A DNA stretch of 62,932 bases, the filler included, from Welwitschia mirabilis (lineage: Eukaryota): NCBI GenBank assembly GCA_051453625.1. It is 6 parts of one record of this genome, joined end to end, with 100 filler letters (N's around TTAATTAATTAA, not from the genome) between each part and the next. Parts side by side here need not be neighbours in the genome. Positions count along the whole stretch, not along the records: positions 25,043 to 40,259 come from JBOZIK010000001.1; 5 more parts are not named here. One strand, given 5' to 3'. Position 1 is the first letter of the stretch. Every line of letters starts with the position of its first letter. A program made the translations under genes and the position numbers. The notes under the pieces are model-generated. The model made no database searches, was not told the DNA's origin, and saw only the letters and a program-made list of their open reading frames with translations. Of this stretch, positions 25,877 through 40,359 are shown in pieces.

Positions 25877-27542
25877 TTCATGAGTTTTTTTTTTCATGCA
25901 TCCTTCACCCGTTTTGTCTCTCATTTCCTTCACGCAAAACATCCGTCCTACATTGTAAGGTTGTTTGTTTACTATCAGACTTCTCCAGTGGATACTATTC
26001 AAACGTGATTTACAAAGGTTGGCTTATTAGTTATCAATCATAAACTGCCGGTCATCTGCGTTTTTGACATTTGCACAACACAAGCACACATTAACTGAAC
26101 AGGGGCCAACAAAGTAGCATAGAAAGAACATAAAGTAAAGAATAATAAATTAATGGTTATTCAAGAATTGGCATCGAGTATGATCCATGTTTCTCAGCGA
26201 TTCTTTGATATCTGATTCCATTCTGATCTTCATGCTATAAAAATCATGGTAGGAAGTTTCTATGAGTTTTAATCCATGGAGCTTTTGTCTCCTCTACTCC
26301 TTCATTTTAATCAATTTTTCCATCTTTGATTTCATCCTTAGCTCTCGCAATCTGCATGACATCAAGAAGTCAGATGCAGCAGGGTTTAGCTATGTAGAAT
26401 TGTTGCCGATGTTCTCAATAGAGTTTGTGTTTATCTTGAAGATAGACTCTTTAATCACGCATCACAGCCCACCCAAGTGCAGGTCTCAAAAGTAAAGTCA
26501 AATTTCAAACACAGCAGACACATGCATATTTAAATATATTTCTATGAGGTCTGTATTCTTGGGTTTTCCAGAACTAAAAAACACATATATCCTTGTCTTC
26601 AAGGCAACAAAAATCTAAAGCTGAACTCTGTGAGCCTTGGCTAAAGTCTCCATCTTCAGATTCGCCCTTCTCTGAAGAGTTCTTTGATAATTTCCCAAAT
26701 GTTCACTGCTTTGATGATTGTCTGCCTAAAGGTCTTTAATGTAGGAGGTTAAGTCTGTAGTGTTACTCAGCAAATTTAACAGGGCAAATAAAAGAAAATG
26801 GCCTACAAGTGCTTTGGCTTCATCTTCGTGCTCTCGAAGAATCCTTAAAAAATGCATCGACATCCCATGACATCTGGAATCTATTAAGTAAGTCTTTGTC
26901 TACATCTCAAATCCCCGATTTTTTTAAATTCCTTAGCTCATTTTCCTCCCAGAAATCTGGTATCCATCTAGGGTTGCCAATAATTCGAATCATGACATAA
27001 AAATAGCAAAAAGAAAAGTATCAAGAGGGAACAAGATCACAAATAAACAGCGAGGAATACAGGCAAGGAACAAAAAGAATCAGAAGACATTAAGAGGCAG
27101 CGAGAGGAGGATAGTTGATTGCTATCAGCAATCACAGGAATAAAAGAAGAGGAAAAACACACACGACCAACAGAGGAGAGACGACGATCAGGGACAGCGA
27201 AAAATGCCATAATAAGAAGAACGCCAGAATGGAGCAACGGAGAGTAGGCAGAGACAGAACAGCAGACAGTAAAAAAACACCTGAAAAAAGAAGCAGTACT
27301 ACATAAGTGCTGATCACTCTTGAGCAAGAGGACAATGTTCATATGATAGCAGATCGAATGCAACCGCAGTAGAAGAGGGCAATCATTAAAGAAGAGAATG
27401 ACACATCAGATGAAAAGTGATGCAAAAACGATAAAGAAGTGACATTAGAGGGGAAATTAAAGAGAAATGCCAGAACATAGAGAGCAGCGCAGAGATAGGA
27501 AGGAGAAACAACACCAATGACTGTTAAGTGAAAGCATTGCAG

Positions 27543-28463
27543 AGCCAATCAACAAGGAGTTGACTAGATTCCTGATGAGTCAACCAGACTTAGAGTAGAA
27601 AACTATGATGGATTTTATCTAGAGCAAGCCTGATAGATATATGAATGAACGGTTGATTGGAACATGAGGGATTGACTGGACATGAAGCCATAAGAAATTG
27701 GGTCAACCGAAAGAACACAAGGGGTGACCGATTTAAGTTACAATACTAGGTAGTGTTGACTAAAGTTTTGAAGGGTCAACCAACCATGATGGAAATCCAA
27801 TTTTTATAACCATTAGGTATCTATTTTATATTCATTAGAAGAACTTTACACTTGTAAAAATCCTAAAATTCTTCCACTCTATATTACTAAGAGTCAAAAT
27901 CACTACACCAAACCTTAAATCTTTTGAATTTTTCATTGTACTCATTTGCATCTCATTCCTGACCAAAAGACAAATTAAGAACTATTGTATCTTTGCATAC
28001 GTGATTATATCTATAGCACTCTTTGTTTTTAGATTGTACCATCTTCTGAAAAAAATGCTTCAATACTTTCTTAAGCCAAAGATCAAGTGATACCTGTGCA
28101 TTTGGGCATACTATCATCAATACTATGCTTTCTTGCAAAAGGTTGAGACTTAGCCTTTAAAAAAGTCCATTTGTAAAAGTTACAAGTGAACTTGCAATAC
28201 TTGGAAGAGATTAACAGAGATCCAAATCAGGCTTGGATAGAAGCTAATTATCGAGGGTAGAGTAGGGGGTTTTCCTAAACCACTATAAATCTTGTGTGCT
28301 TTTGATTAGTATTTTTATATTTTCTGTTATTTTATTTTATAGAATAGTTTAGTTTTATTGCATAAGTTATTAGTGTTTCATTTAAAGAAAGGTTAATATT
28401 ATAAATTTATTTGAATATTTTTACAAACCTATTCATCCTCCCTCTATGATTCTCAATCCTACA
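27543..28463 (+). repeat. 5' LTR (left-truncated) of autonomous-type SIRE
   Basis: Matches 35707-36583; ends CCTACA before TCTAGTATCAAAGC. Confidence 0.85.
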
Positions 28464-28529
28464 TCTAGTATCAAAGCTTCATTGAGTCCATGTTAAGATC
28501 TTAATAGATCTAGGTTCTAGAACCTAAAA

Positions 28530-31500
28530 ATGAATAACCTGCTAATGGTTCTTCCACTAGTTGNNNNNNNNNNTCCACCTATGTTTGATGAATCAAAATA
28601 TGCATATTGGAAATCTTAAATGAAAATCTTCCTTACATCCCTAGATGCAGATATTAAAAAGGTTATATATAATGGATATACTATGCCTACTTTAATAAAA
28701 ATTAATGCCAGTAGTAATATGTTTTTAATTCAAAAAACCCAAGACCAATGGACTTCTACTGATAGATCCAGAGCTACCATAGATTCCCATGCTCTTAATG
28801 CTATATCTTATGCAATTTGTGCATACAAATTCAAAAAGATTGTAAACTGTGAACATGCAAAAAAGGCATGGGATATTCTTAAATTTGCACATGAAGGAAC
28901 ATCCACCATCAAAACAACTAAACTTCAAATGCTTATCTCCAAATTTAAAGACATTCGTATGGATGAGGAGGAGACTTTACAAGAATTCTTTGCTAAGCTT
29001 ACTAACATTGTAAATTTCATGACAAGTTTAGGTGAAAGATTGGATGAGGTAAAAGTGGTCCAAAAAGTGTTGAGATCCCTTCTAAAGAGATTTGAACCAA
29101 AAGTCACAGTAATTAAAAAAAGAAAAGATATCAACATGATGGCTTTAGAAGTACTACAAAGTAATTTGAAAATATATGTATTAAAATTTTCTAAAGATAA
29201 GAAGAAAGGTATTACCTTGAGGTGTGTATAGTAAAAGTATTGGTCAAATAAATTAGATGAAGATCTAGATGATGATAAAGTTACTCTCCTAGCAAGAAGT
29301 TTCAAGAAATTTTTACACAGAAGAAAGAAGTAAGATGAGCCAAGGAGAGGTATAAGAAGAGGACACTTAAAATTCAAAAAGGATTAAGACAAAGGTAAAG
29401 AGATCTAATGCTATGGATGCAAAGGCTTTAGATACATGGCAAATAAGTGCTCAAACAATAAGAGAAACAAAGAAAATCGAAGACATCTTTATTCATTACA
29501 ACATGGGATAATTTGGATGAGGATGATGATAGTAGTTCAGGTCAAGATTCAAATGGAGACAGAAGACTCTCCTTCATGGCAATTATTTCTTCATTACATA
29601 ACTTGCCTAGCACATCTACACCTAATGATTTAGATGTAATTGAAAAAGATTAGGATGAGCTCAAAGACACTTGTCAGGAAAGATTCTTAGAGTATGAAAA
29701 GTTGGTAAAGTACATAAATGACCTAAACAAGATTGTAAAATATCTCACCAAAGAAAGGAGAAAATGGAATCAAAGTACAAAATGGTTAAATCTGAAAATT
29801 CTGATATTGTATTATAGGTAAAAGATTTATCTGATTATGTTAATAAATTTTCTAGTAATTCAAGTAAATTAAAATAGATGCTTGGAATCCAGAAACTAGT
29901 TCATGATAAGTTAGGTATTGGGTTCATTTCCCAAAGACCAAAAAGTTAGCAAAACTAGATAACTTGGAAAAATAAGTTTATTTTTAAAGTTACTTATCAT
30001 TTCTATGATAAGTCAGATCATTCAAAGCTATTTTACAATGCAATAAAATTAATTTTATTTTTAAATTTAGTTAGTTCCTATCCATTTAAATTTATTCTAT
30101 AAGGAGGTATACCACATCAGTTTAAAAGGACTAAGTGGGTAAGAGCTAATGATTTGAGAATTATTTTGATCTAAATAGCTTTCAAGGTTTTAAATGGCAC
30201 TTATTGGTATTTAGATAGTGGATGCTTATCACATATGATGGAAGACAAAGCTATATTCAAATAGTTGAGTGACTTTAATAGAGAAGAAGTTACTTTTGAC
30301 AATAATGGAAGAGCAAAAATAAAAGGTATCATAAGCATTAGTGTAGGTAACTTACCAAGAATAAATGAAGTATTGTATGTAAATGGTTTAAAGCATAATT
30401 TACTTAGAATTAGCCAAATTTATGACAAAGGTCATAAAGTCATTTTTTATAGTTCTAAATGTGAAGTTAGACATGGCAAAATAAATAATGTTATTCTCAA
30501 AGCAAATAGAATAGATAATGTTTATAGCATAGATCAATTGTTTTCTGCTTATTATTTTTCTAATGTTAATCAAGAATATCTTTGGCATAGACATTTAGGT
30601 CATGTTAATTATGATCATTTAAAAACTATTATTAGAAACAAAATTGTCAAAGGTATTCATAAATTAAAAAACATAGTCTTTATGATGCATGCCAAAGGGG
30701 AAAAAAGAACAGCACACAAGAGTAAAAAGTAAATTTCCACAATTATGACTTTAAAACTCATCTATATGAACTTGATAGATCCTACTCAAACTTAATGTTT
30801 AGGAGGTAAATACTATTTTCTTACTATGGTTAATAATTTTTCTAGATATACATGGATTGCATTTCTTTCAAACAAATCTAAAACTTACAAATACTGGGAT
30901 GAGAAATGCAATAAAATTTAAAAAAAGAAAGGATATACCATAAATAAAATAAGAAATGGTCATAGTAGTGAATTTGAAAATCATTTATTTAAGAAGTATT
31001 GCATTAACAACTATATTGATAATCAATTTCCAACCCCTGAAGTAGCATAACAAAATGGTATTGCTGAAATAAAAAATAGAGTTCTCCAAGAAATGGCAAG
31101 AACTATGTTAAATGGTAAGGAGGCTTTAAAATCTTTTTGGGCTAAAGCCATTAGTACTACATGGTATATTATAAATAAATTTAATCTTAGACCTAGTATG
31201 GATAAAAATCATTATGAGTTATGGAAAGGAAGACAACCAAATATTTCTTATTTTAAAGTCTTTGAAAGTAAATGTTACGTGCTAACCACNNNNNNNNNNG
31301 CTAGGAATATGAAAGAAAGTTGAAATAGCTTTCCTGGGCCTACCACGATGTGCTGTAAGTGTGGTTACATTGATAGAGAACATTTAAGCAAATTTGAATC
31401 TAAAGCCGATGAAGCTATATTTTTGGGATATTCAATTAGAAGTAGAGCTTGACACGTTTTCAACAAGAGAAGTTTAACTATGTAGAAATAAATAAATGCA

Positions 31501-33295
31501 AATTGATAATGTTTGAATAAGGCCTATTTGTTCAAATGACAAGGAATATATATCTTCAAGCATCCCCACAACTAAAGAAATGTATAATAAAAAAGAAGTT
31601 TTGACAAAATAAGTCACAACTAAAAAGTTTAAAGAATTAAAAGATCACCCTTTAGGGTATATTATTGGAGAAGTTAGCTCAAAGATAAAGACAAGAAGTT
31701 TTATGAAGAATATTTATGTTCACATTTATTATGTTTCACAAATAAAACCTAAGAAATTTAAATAAATTGAATCCCATGAAGAATGGATGATGGCCATGTA
31801 AGATGAATTAAGACAATTTAAAAGAAATGATGTTTGGAAGCTTGTAGAAAGGCAAAAACACAAAAATAATATTAGGACTAAATAAATCTTTAAAAATAAA
31901 TGTGATGAAGAAAATAATATCATTAACAACAAAGCAAGATTAATAGCACAAGGCTACAACCAAATTGAAGAGATTGATGTTGGTGATACATTTGCTCTAG
32001 TGGCAAAGTTTAATAGCATGAAAAAGTTTTTATCATTTACAACCTTTAAGAAGATCAAAGTGTATCAAATGAATATAAAGAGTTATTTTTTAAATAAAAC
32101 TCTAAATGAAGAAGTGTATTTAGAACAATGGTAATGGTTTATAGATCCTCATAAATCTTATCATGTTTATAGGCTTAAGAAAGCTTTGTATGGGTTGAAG
32201 CAAGCTCCAAAAGCTTGATATGGAAAGTTAGCCACATTTCTAAATGATAATGGTTATAATCGTGGAATAGTAGATAAGACTTTATTTGTTAAGAACTTAA
32301 AAAAAGATTTTATCATTATATAAATTTATGTGGATGACATCATATTTAGTACTTCTAACTAAGATTTATCAAAAGAATTTTCAAATATTACGACAACACA
32401 TTTTAAGATGAGCATGCTTGATGAAGTAAAAATATTTCTTAGATTACAGATTAAGCAAATAAAGAATGGAATTTTTATTTTTTAATTTAAAAATACAAAG
32501 GATCTAATCAAATGTTTTAAATTGGAGAATGCTAAAACAACTAACACTCCATTGTTAACATCTTGTAAAGTTAGTTTGAATGAAGACGAAAAGTCAGTAG
32601 ATCAAAAGCTTTATAAGAGTATGATTGGAAGTTTATTATATTTAACTATACCTAGACCTAATATCATGTTTAATGTTGATGTGTATGCAAGGTATCAAGT
32701 CCAACCAAAATAATCACACTTATAAGTAGTAAAAAAAATAATTAGATATATAAAAGATACATATAATTATGGTTTGTAATACCCAACCAAGACATCTTTG
32801 AAACTTGCAAGATTCAGTGATGTAGATTGGACTAGATGTAAGGATAATAGAAAGAGCACAAGTGATAATTGTTTTCTATTAGGATTATATTTAATGGGAT
32901 GGATAAGTAAAAAGGAAAATTAAATCTCCCTTTCAATAGCAAAAGCCAAGTATATTATAGCAAGGAGTTGTTCTATTCATCTCCTTTGGATGAAGGAAAT
33001 GCTAAAGAACTTTAGTATAAGTTTTGAATAGATTCCTATTTTCTATCATAATACCAGTATAATAATATTTCTAAATATCCTATTTAGCACTTAAAAACTA
33101 AATACATTAAACTCATATACTTAAAAACTAAATACATTAAACTCATATATCATTCTTTAAGAGATCAAATTGAAAAAGGAAATATTACTATGCATTTTAT
33201 TAGTATAGATCATCAACTTATAGATATCTTTATCAAACTTCTAAATTTTGATAATTATATTCATCTTTTGAATGAACTAGGGGTTATGTTGCTAT
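28530..33295 (+). pseudogene. SIRE gag-pol, heavily disrupted
   Basis: gag ORF 28620-29231; WYLDSGCLSHMM ~30205; MARTML...YELWKGRQPNISYFKVF; LKKALYGLKQAP ~32175; YVDDI at 32327; RNase H DWTRCKDNRKSTS ~32825; 30-bp tandem duplication 33091-33150. Confidence 0.92.
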
Positions 33296-33637
33296 TCTCT
33301 AGCTAACTATAGGGTAGCTGATTAGATCTATAACTTGGTCGACCACAAGTGGTTGGTCGACCGGCCTAAAAGCTTGGTCGCCTACACCCTAATAGTACTG
33401 TAACCCACATCTCGATGGGTTGATTAGAACTCAAACCAGTTGAACAGACTTGTAGGATTATAATGTAGAAGATTCATTAGTGGACCTGATTTGTTTATCA
33501 AAACCAAACTAATTAACCCTCTTTTTAAAAACAAGTAGAGCCCAAACCCTTTTCATTATTTTCTAACCACTTGTCTCCTTCAGATCTAATGTTTCTCTTG
33601 GATTTTCTTATTTCTAATCTCTTCCAAAGTGGTTGAA

Positions 33638-34693
33638 ATGGATGAGGGACCCTTCAAGAAAAGGATAAAGAAGAATACCAACAGAGATCCTTATTTTTTT
33701 CTAATAGGACATGTCTGATAAAGCTTTAGACAAGTTCTAGGAGAAGTTTGAGAAGATGCCAGCTTGTCAGGAAATATCTGTTGCTACTTCAGAGATAAGA
33801 GAGCTTAAAGATGTGATCCAACTCCTAAAAGATCTAGATTTGTTCTTTTTTTTTTGATGTTTTAGATCTTACTTATCCTTTTCTTATTAGGATGTTTTAT
33901 TGTAATTCTTTTTATAATCTTGATACTAGAACCCTTAAAACCCTCATTTTGAAGAAGAAGATGAATGTAATCGTAAACTACATTGTGGCCATTACTAATC
34001 TTCCAAGAGGAAACTATGAGCAGCTCTAGCCTCTTTGTAACTCCATAAAATATAAAGTAGAGGTTATAAGAGATCTTTTGGATAAGTTTCATAGTTGTAA
34101 GCATATTATTTCTACTTCTTTACTTACTCTAAAGTACAAGTTTCTTCACTTAGTTTTTACTTATAATTTCTTTCCTTTGACGAGGTTATTGTGATAAGGC
34201 CTCTAACTATAGGATTTATTTGATGTACTTGGTAGGAACTAGACATTCTATTGATGCCCCTACCATTCTGCTGAAGAATGTGATTTCTCAGTTAGAGTAT
34301 CACAGATCTAGGGCTCTACCTATTCTGTGTTGATTGCAAATTTTTGCTATTCTTATAGGGTCATGTTTCATCCAAAGCTTGAAATCTTTAATACCATGTC
34401 ATCCATTAAGTGTACAACGTTGTCTCACATACATATCGTTGCTAGATCTAAGAAGTCATTTGAATCTTCTGCTCCCAAACAAGCCTCACCAAAAGAGACT
34501 ATTTAATATCTGAGGTGGATTGATTCTGTAACCATACACATGAAAGAAGTTCTAATTGCAGTGGTAGAAGATTGCTAACACTTTAAAGGAATCTAGAAGA
34601 TTAGCATAAAAGGCAGCCAAAGAAGAGGAAAATAAAGAAGAAAAATATTCTAAAGAAGAATTAGAAGAGGAGGAAGTAGAGGAACCTGACTAA
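33638..34693 (+). pseudogene. env-like ORF of autonomous-type SIRE
   Basis: Nucleotide homology to copies A, B and Y (EKFEK..CQE.SVATSE; LLTLKYKFLHLVFTYNF); acidic tail ending EEEEVEEPD*. Confidence 0.8.
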
Positions 34694-35193
34694 ATCTCTC
34701 TTTCTATGCCTATGTTTTTCTTTCATGCTTATGTTTCTTCTCTCTTTTGTCATTAATGTCAAAAGGAAGAATTAGTTAGTTTTTAATATTGATTTTATTT
34801 ATATCTAATCTTGATAAGCACTTTTCTTTGTACTGTTCATCTTTGAATAATAAAAATGGAATTGGCTTTATACTCTATAATTTTTGTCTCAAATTTTTTA
34901 GTACACATCTATTTTCCCTATGAACTTTAATTACTAGTATATGTTATGGTTATTAAATGATTCATGAGAAAAATGTTATTTATATTATATAGTTTGGAAT
35001 TTTTATGTTTTAAAAATTATATTTCAAATTATTTTAATTTTGGCATAAATTTAAAATTTTCTAAAATGTCCTAATTGATATAAAATGATTAATATTTTTG
35101 TAAAAGTTAATAGGCATTTCGTGAGGGGGAGCTTTTATAAATGTAATCTCCTCAATTAAGAAAAAGTTTACCACCAATGACAAAGAAGGGGCT

Positions 35194-36583
35194 TGTTGAA
35201 TTATTATCTGCCAATTGATGTCAAACTAATGTTTTCTGTGTAGCAAAGTTTGTTGTATCTTATGCAGAAGATATTGATCATTTACAGGTTAGAAGATGAA
35301 CTATTGTATGTGACATTTTGATCCTGAAGCTTGTCAAGTTTTAATACCCTTTTAAGGAGTTAACTAAACTTCTAAGGAATCAAGCACACTTGAAGCAAAA
35401 ACACAGAAGAGAATTGAATTCAGAGGAATCAATTAAACCTTTGAGAAGTTGATCAAACCTATGAACCTAAGCACCAGTACTTCTTAGCCAATCATTAAGG
35501 GTTGACTAAACATTTAAGAGGTTTACTAGACTTGAGCACTGTGCATCCAATACTTCTTAACTAATCATTAAAAGATCGATCAGACATCTAAAGAATTGAC
35601 TAGACATGAGCACTATGCATTTGATACTTTTTAGCTAATCATTAAGGGATCAATTGGATACTTGAGGGATTGACCAAACCTATGCAACTGAGTATCAATA
35701 CTTCATAGCCAATCAGTAAGGGATTGACTAGATTCCTGAGGAATTGATTAAACCTAGAACAGAAAACTATGATGGATTTTATCTAGATCAAGTAGGTGAT
35801 CAGATAGATAGGTGGGAAACTAAATAAGTGATCAATCAAATCCTAATGGGTTGATCAGACATGAAGTCATAAGAAACTGGGTCCACCAAAAGAACACAAG
35901 AGTGATTAATTTAAGTAGTAGTACTAGGTGGAGTCAACCATACTTTTGAGGAGTTGACTGAACATGACGGAAATGTAAATTTTTGTAGCTATTAGGTATC
36001 CATTTTATGTCTACTGGAAGAAATTTTTACTTGTAAAAAACTTAAAAGGCTTCTACTATATATTACCAAGAGTCAAAACCACTATGTTGAAATTTTGAAT
36101 CTTTTAGATTTTTCATTATACTCATTTCATATCTCATTCCTAACTAAAATACAAACTAAGACTATGGTATCTTTGCATACACAGTTAGATCTATAAAACT
36201 CTTTGTTTTTAGATTGTACCATCTTCTAAAGAAGTGCTTTAATACTATTCTTGAGCTAAAGATAAAGTAATAGCTATGCATTTGGGCATACTATCATCAC
36301 TACTATACCTAGAAGAAATTACAATACCTGGATGAAATTAATAGAGATCCAAATCAAGCTTGGATAGAAGCTGATCATCAAGAGTGGAGTAGGGACTTTC
36401 CCAAACCATTATAAATCTTGTATGCTTCTGATTGGTATTTTTGTGTTTTCTATTATTTAATTTTTTAGAATAGTTAAATTTTTTCACACAAGTTATTGGT
36501 GTTTCATTTCAAGTAAGGTTAATATTGTGAAGTTATTTGAACATTTTTAGAAACCTATTCACCCCAAGATTCTCGATTCTACA
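35194..36583 (+). repeat. 3' LTR of autonomous-type SIRE
   Basis: TGTTG...TCTACA; start similar to other SIRE LTRs (CAATTGATGTCAAACTAATG); internal ~58-bp repeat array. Confidence 0.88.
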
Positions 36584-39500
36584 AAACACCCATCTTGATG
36601 TAAAGTATTTTTAATGGATCTAGCATGTTAAATATCATGGTCAAGAATAGGTTTAAATTCCTCATAAGAATCATCATTAANNNNNNNNNNNNNNNNNNNN
36701 NNNNNNNNNNNNNNNNNNNNNNNNNNNNNNNNNNNNNNNNNNNNNNNNNNNNNNNNNNNNNNNNNNNNNNNNNNNNNNNNNNNNNNNNNNNNNNNNNNNN
36801 NNNNNNNNNNNNNNNNNNNNNNNNNNNNNNNNNNNNNNNNNNNNNNNNNNNNNNNNNNNNNNNNNNNNNNNNNNNNNNNNNNNNNNNNNNNNNNNNNNNN
36901 NNNNNNNNNNNNNNNNNNNNNNNNNNNNNNNNNNNNNNNNNNNNNNNNNNNNNNNNNNNNNNNNNNNNNNNNNNNNNNNNNNNNNNNNNNNNNNNNNNNN
37001 NNNNNNNNNNNNNNNNNNNNNNNNNNNNNNNNNNNNNNNNNNNNNNNNNNNNNNNNNNNNNNNNNNNNNNNNNNNNNNNNNNNNNNNNNNNNNNNNNNNN
37101 NNNNNNNNNNNNNNNNNNNNNNNNNNNNNNNNNNNNNNNNNNNNNNNNNNNNNNNNNNNNNNNNNNNNNNNNNNNNNNAAGATTTAAGAATAATAGAAGA
37201 TTCCTCTTCATCATTAAGAAAGGTTGAGTTATGCAATGAAAGGAGCCTTTCTTTTAAATAATGATGTTGCACTAACGTGGATGATCTAACCTTTTCTTCT
37301 AGGTCTAATTCATCTTTCATTTCTTTTTTAGTGGCATTGAATACTCTGATACTAAATGTTTTATTCTCTATATGACATTTCATCATCACTGTGTAAATAT
37401 CAATGACATAATGGGCTGTTGCACAAAAGACTCTTCTTAAAAGTGAGGGTATCCTCCATTATGTTTGACCTTAATGATGATCATATATATAGATTATAAA
37501 GCTTTCTCAATTTAAATCACTAAGTCTTTAATTGTCCCTATCAGTTTTTTAATTATTGCATTAGCCAATTCCAACACTATTCTAGTAAGTTCAATCCTTC
37601 CTTATAATTCAAACTTTCTAAAAATGTGCAAAGGAATAATATTTACACTTGCCCCTATGTCTATTAAGGATTTTTTTATTTCTCATTTCCTTCCAAAATA
37701 ATACAAAAAATGACTACCCCTAGATCTTTAAACTGAGGATATTTTTGAGAAATCAATCTAGAAAGGAATTGTATAATGAACACTTTAGGTCCTTTCGAAT
37801 TTTATTGTACTTGGGGTTGTCTTAAATAATCTTCTAAAATGGTAAGCTCATAATGAAATCATTCATAAGTTCCTTCAAATACTTATCATAAGTTGAATTA
37901 GTGCTCAATCTCTCCATCCATGTGGTAGTCTTATTTTTTGAATGTGAGTTATTATTATTGGATTTAGAGTTAAGAGTGGGAGAAACATTTGGTTGATCAA
38001 GAATTTTAACATCATTTTCTTGAGGTACTTCCTTGTCTTTGTTGAAAGTAGTTAAGGGTTCTCCATGAGGAGTGATGTTATGTTCACTTCTGGTAACTAC
38101 TTTCTAATCTTTCTTGACATTATCTAGGTTTGGAATAGTTTAGGTGGTAAGTAATTCTTGAGATCTTTGATTCCCCAACATGTTTTGTCGAAGTAGGTTA
38201 ATAAAATTTTTTAAGTTCTTATTATGGTTTTCTAGGATTTCATTAGTAGTATCCTGTGTCTTTTTGAGTTCTTCCTTGATAGGGTAAGAGTTTTTATCAC
38301 ATATTTTATAATGGATAAGTTGATTTAGTAATTTAGCATTAGTTAATGCTTTTATGTAACTCTCCAAGGTAATAGTAAGATCACTAAGTAGAGTGTTAAC
38401 CTTTGATTATTCTTCTTCACATTGTACTTTTTTGAATCTCTAAGCATTACACCTATAGTTGTAATATCTTTACATGTAGTTTTTAGCCAGTTTTGACTTC
38501 TTTCTATAATGTATTCTAAAAATTTATAAGCATCGTCTAAGGTTAAATGAAGTAAATTTTCACCACATAAAAAATCTATCATTTGTTTAGTTTAACTATT
38601 TAACCCACTATAGAAATGATTAATAAGTTATTCTTTTGCAAACTCATCACTGGGTTGAACAATATGGCTATCAAAAATATTCTATATGTTAAGGAGTAAT
38701 ATTTATGAGGGTATTATTTGAAATTTATTACCTCCTTTTTTTCTTGTCCTCATAACTGTCTCATTCATGAATCATTTGACAAAGACTTCTTGTATTTGGT
38801 TCCATGACTTCAGACTTTTATGTGGAATGGTTTTTAAGCCAAATTTTTACTTTTTCTTTCAAGGTAAATGGGAAGATGATCATGTAGGTTCTATATAAAT
38901 TTTTTGTTTTCATTTCCTGAAGTTAGGATGAGTTATTCAATCTTAGCTGTGTCTTGAAATGGGTCTTCATTAGATTTTCCAGAAAAGGCAGGATAGGCAT
39001 TTAAGTTTTTTAACTCTATGTCATCTCCAGTGGGTAGGTCAAATCGATTTTAAAGTTCCCTCTTTTTGTTAGCTAACATATTCTTTAGAATGACATTTCA
39101 GCTATAGGCTCTTAATATTTTAAGTGAAGTTTTGTTAGATGTCATAGAAGTAAGAGAATTAGGATGATTAAGCAAAAGAGGAGAGGCATGATTTTTAGTA
39201 GAAGTTAATTGATTTTTAGAAATTTTCAAAGGTATAGAAGTATGAAAATAAGAAATAGTAAATGTAGAATAATCTTCTTGCTTAATTAAAGAAGTAAACT
39301 TTTCTTTCTCATCTCGAGTTCTTGAATTAAAGTCCACCAAACATTCTTTTATTGTTTCTTTAAGGAAACATTTTTCATAAGCATTTTTGACTTTTTTTCT
39401 ATTTATCATTACCCTTCAAGGTCAAATTATGTTATACAAACTTCTTTACATTCAAATAGCAATAATTTCCAAGATTAATCAAAGGTACAAGGAGTAGGAT

Positions 39501-40259
39501 ATACCAAATGAATGTAGTAATTACTTAGATTGCATGAAGTGTAAAGTGTAGGCCAAGTTTATTAAAAGTAATAATCAACGTGGTAATCCCCAAGACCACA
39601 TGAAGTACAAGGAGTAGACCTAATGGATTACTAAATTGAAATATAATCCTTTAAATTAAAATTACACTTATAAGTAAAAAAAGAAAGTTGCAAGAAATTA
39701 AACATAAAAATTAAAAATTACAAGAAAATGGAATTCAAGTACACTATAAATGGATAATCAAGTAATATCTTATAGATCAATAGGTAATTAATTAATTATA
39801 AGTAGATCCAAAAGAATAAAATAAAATACCACTTAAATAAATAATCTGAAATGAATTCAAAATACTTATTTCGGTAATGACAATCTTCCTTTTCTCTTGA
39901 AGTCTTCCTTGACAATAGTGCTAAAATACATATTTGTACTTCTAATTCCAATATTCTAGAGATAAAATATGACTTTCAACACCTAAAAAGCTAATAATCT
40001 AATTGCACACAACATAGATTTTTCATAGTGGAATCAATCTAAATGTCATACACTTAGATAAGACTTATAAAAGAGAATTTGGAAAATTGATTTAGAAAGA
40101 GAAGAATAATATATTTTTAAATTTTATGTTATAGATATTAAAATTAAATAATGTAAAGATGAAAATGAAATGCAATGTAGTGAAATGAAATGAAATGAAA
40201 TGAAATGAAATAAAGAATGAATGCAATTCTAATGCAATGAATTAACTAAATTCCCAATC
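36584..40259 (-). mobile_element. 5' part of Athila-like gypsy element (LTR end, PBS, gag, protease), same family as 1-9282
   Basis: rc LIDIGASVNIIPL ~37630-37667; IRVFNATKKEMKDELDLEE parallels IRVSNSTKKDLDYDLNVEE at ~1345; gag AYKFLEYI ~38500; decayed TGGCGCCGTTGCCGGGGA-type PBS ~39905-39925; (TGAAA)n ~40181-40211. Confidence 0.8.
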
Positions 40260-40359
40260 NNNNNNNNNNNNNNNNNNNNNNNNNNNNNNNNNNNNNNNNN
40301 NNNTTAATTAATTAANNNNNNNNNNNNNNNNNNNNNNNNNNNNNNNNNNNNNNNNNNNN

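Larger units (their letters stand above)
27543..36583 (+). mobile_element. Near full-length, decayed autonomous-type SIRE element (LTR-gag-PR-INT-RT-RH-env-like-LTR)
   Basis: 5' LTR (left-truncated) 27543-28463, decayed PBS 28464-28479, complete pol order, env-like ORF, PPT ~35182-35192, 3' LTR 35194-36583. Confidence 0.9.

Noticed and set aside
26160-27000. Possible LINE remnant (HLGLPI, RWIPDF-like words)
   Set aside because: Motifs are short, on opposite strands and in stop-ridden frames; not supportable without a search.
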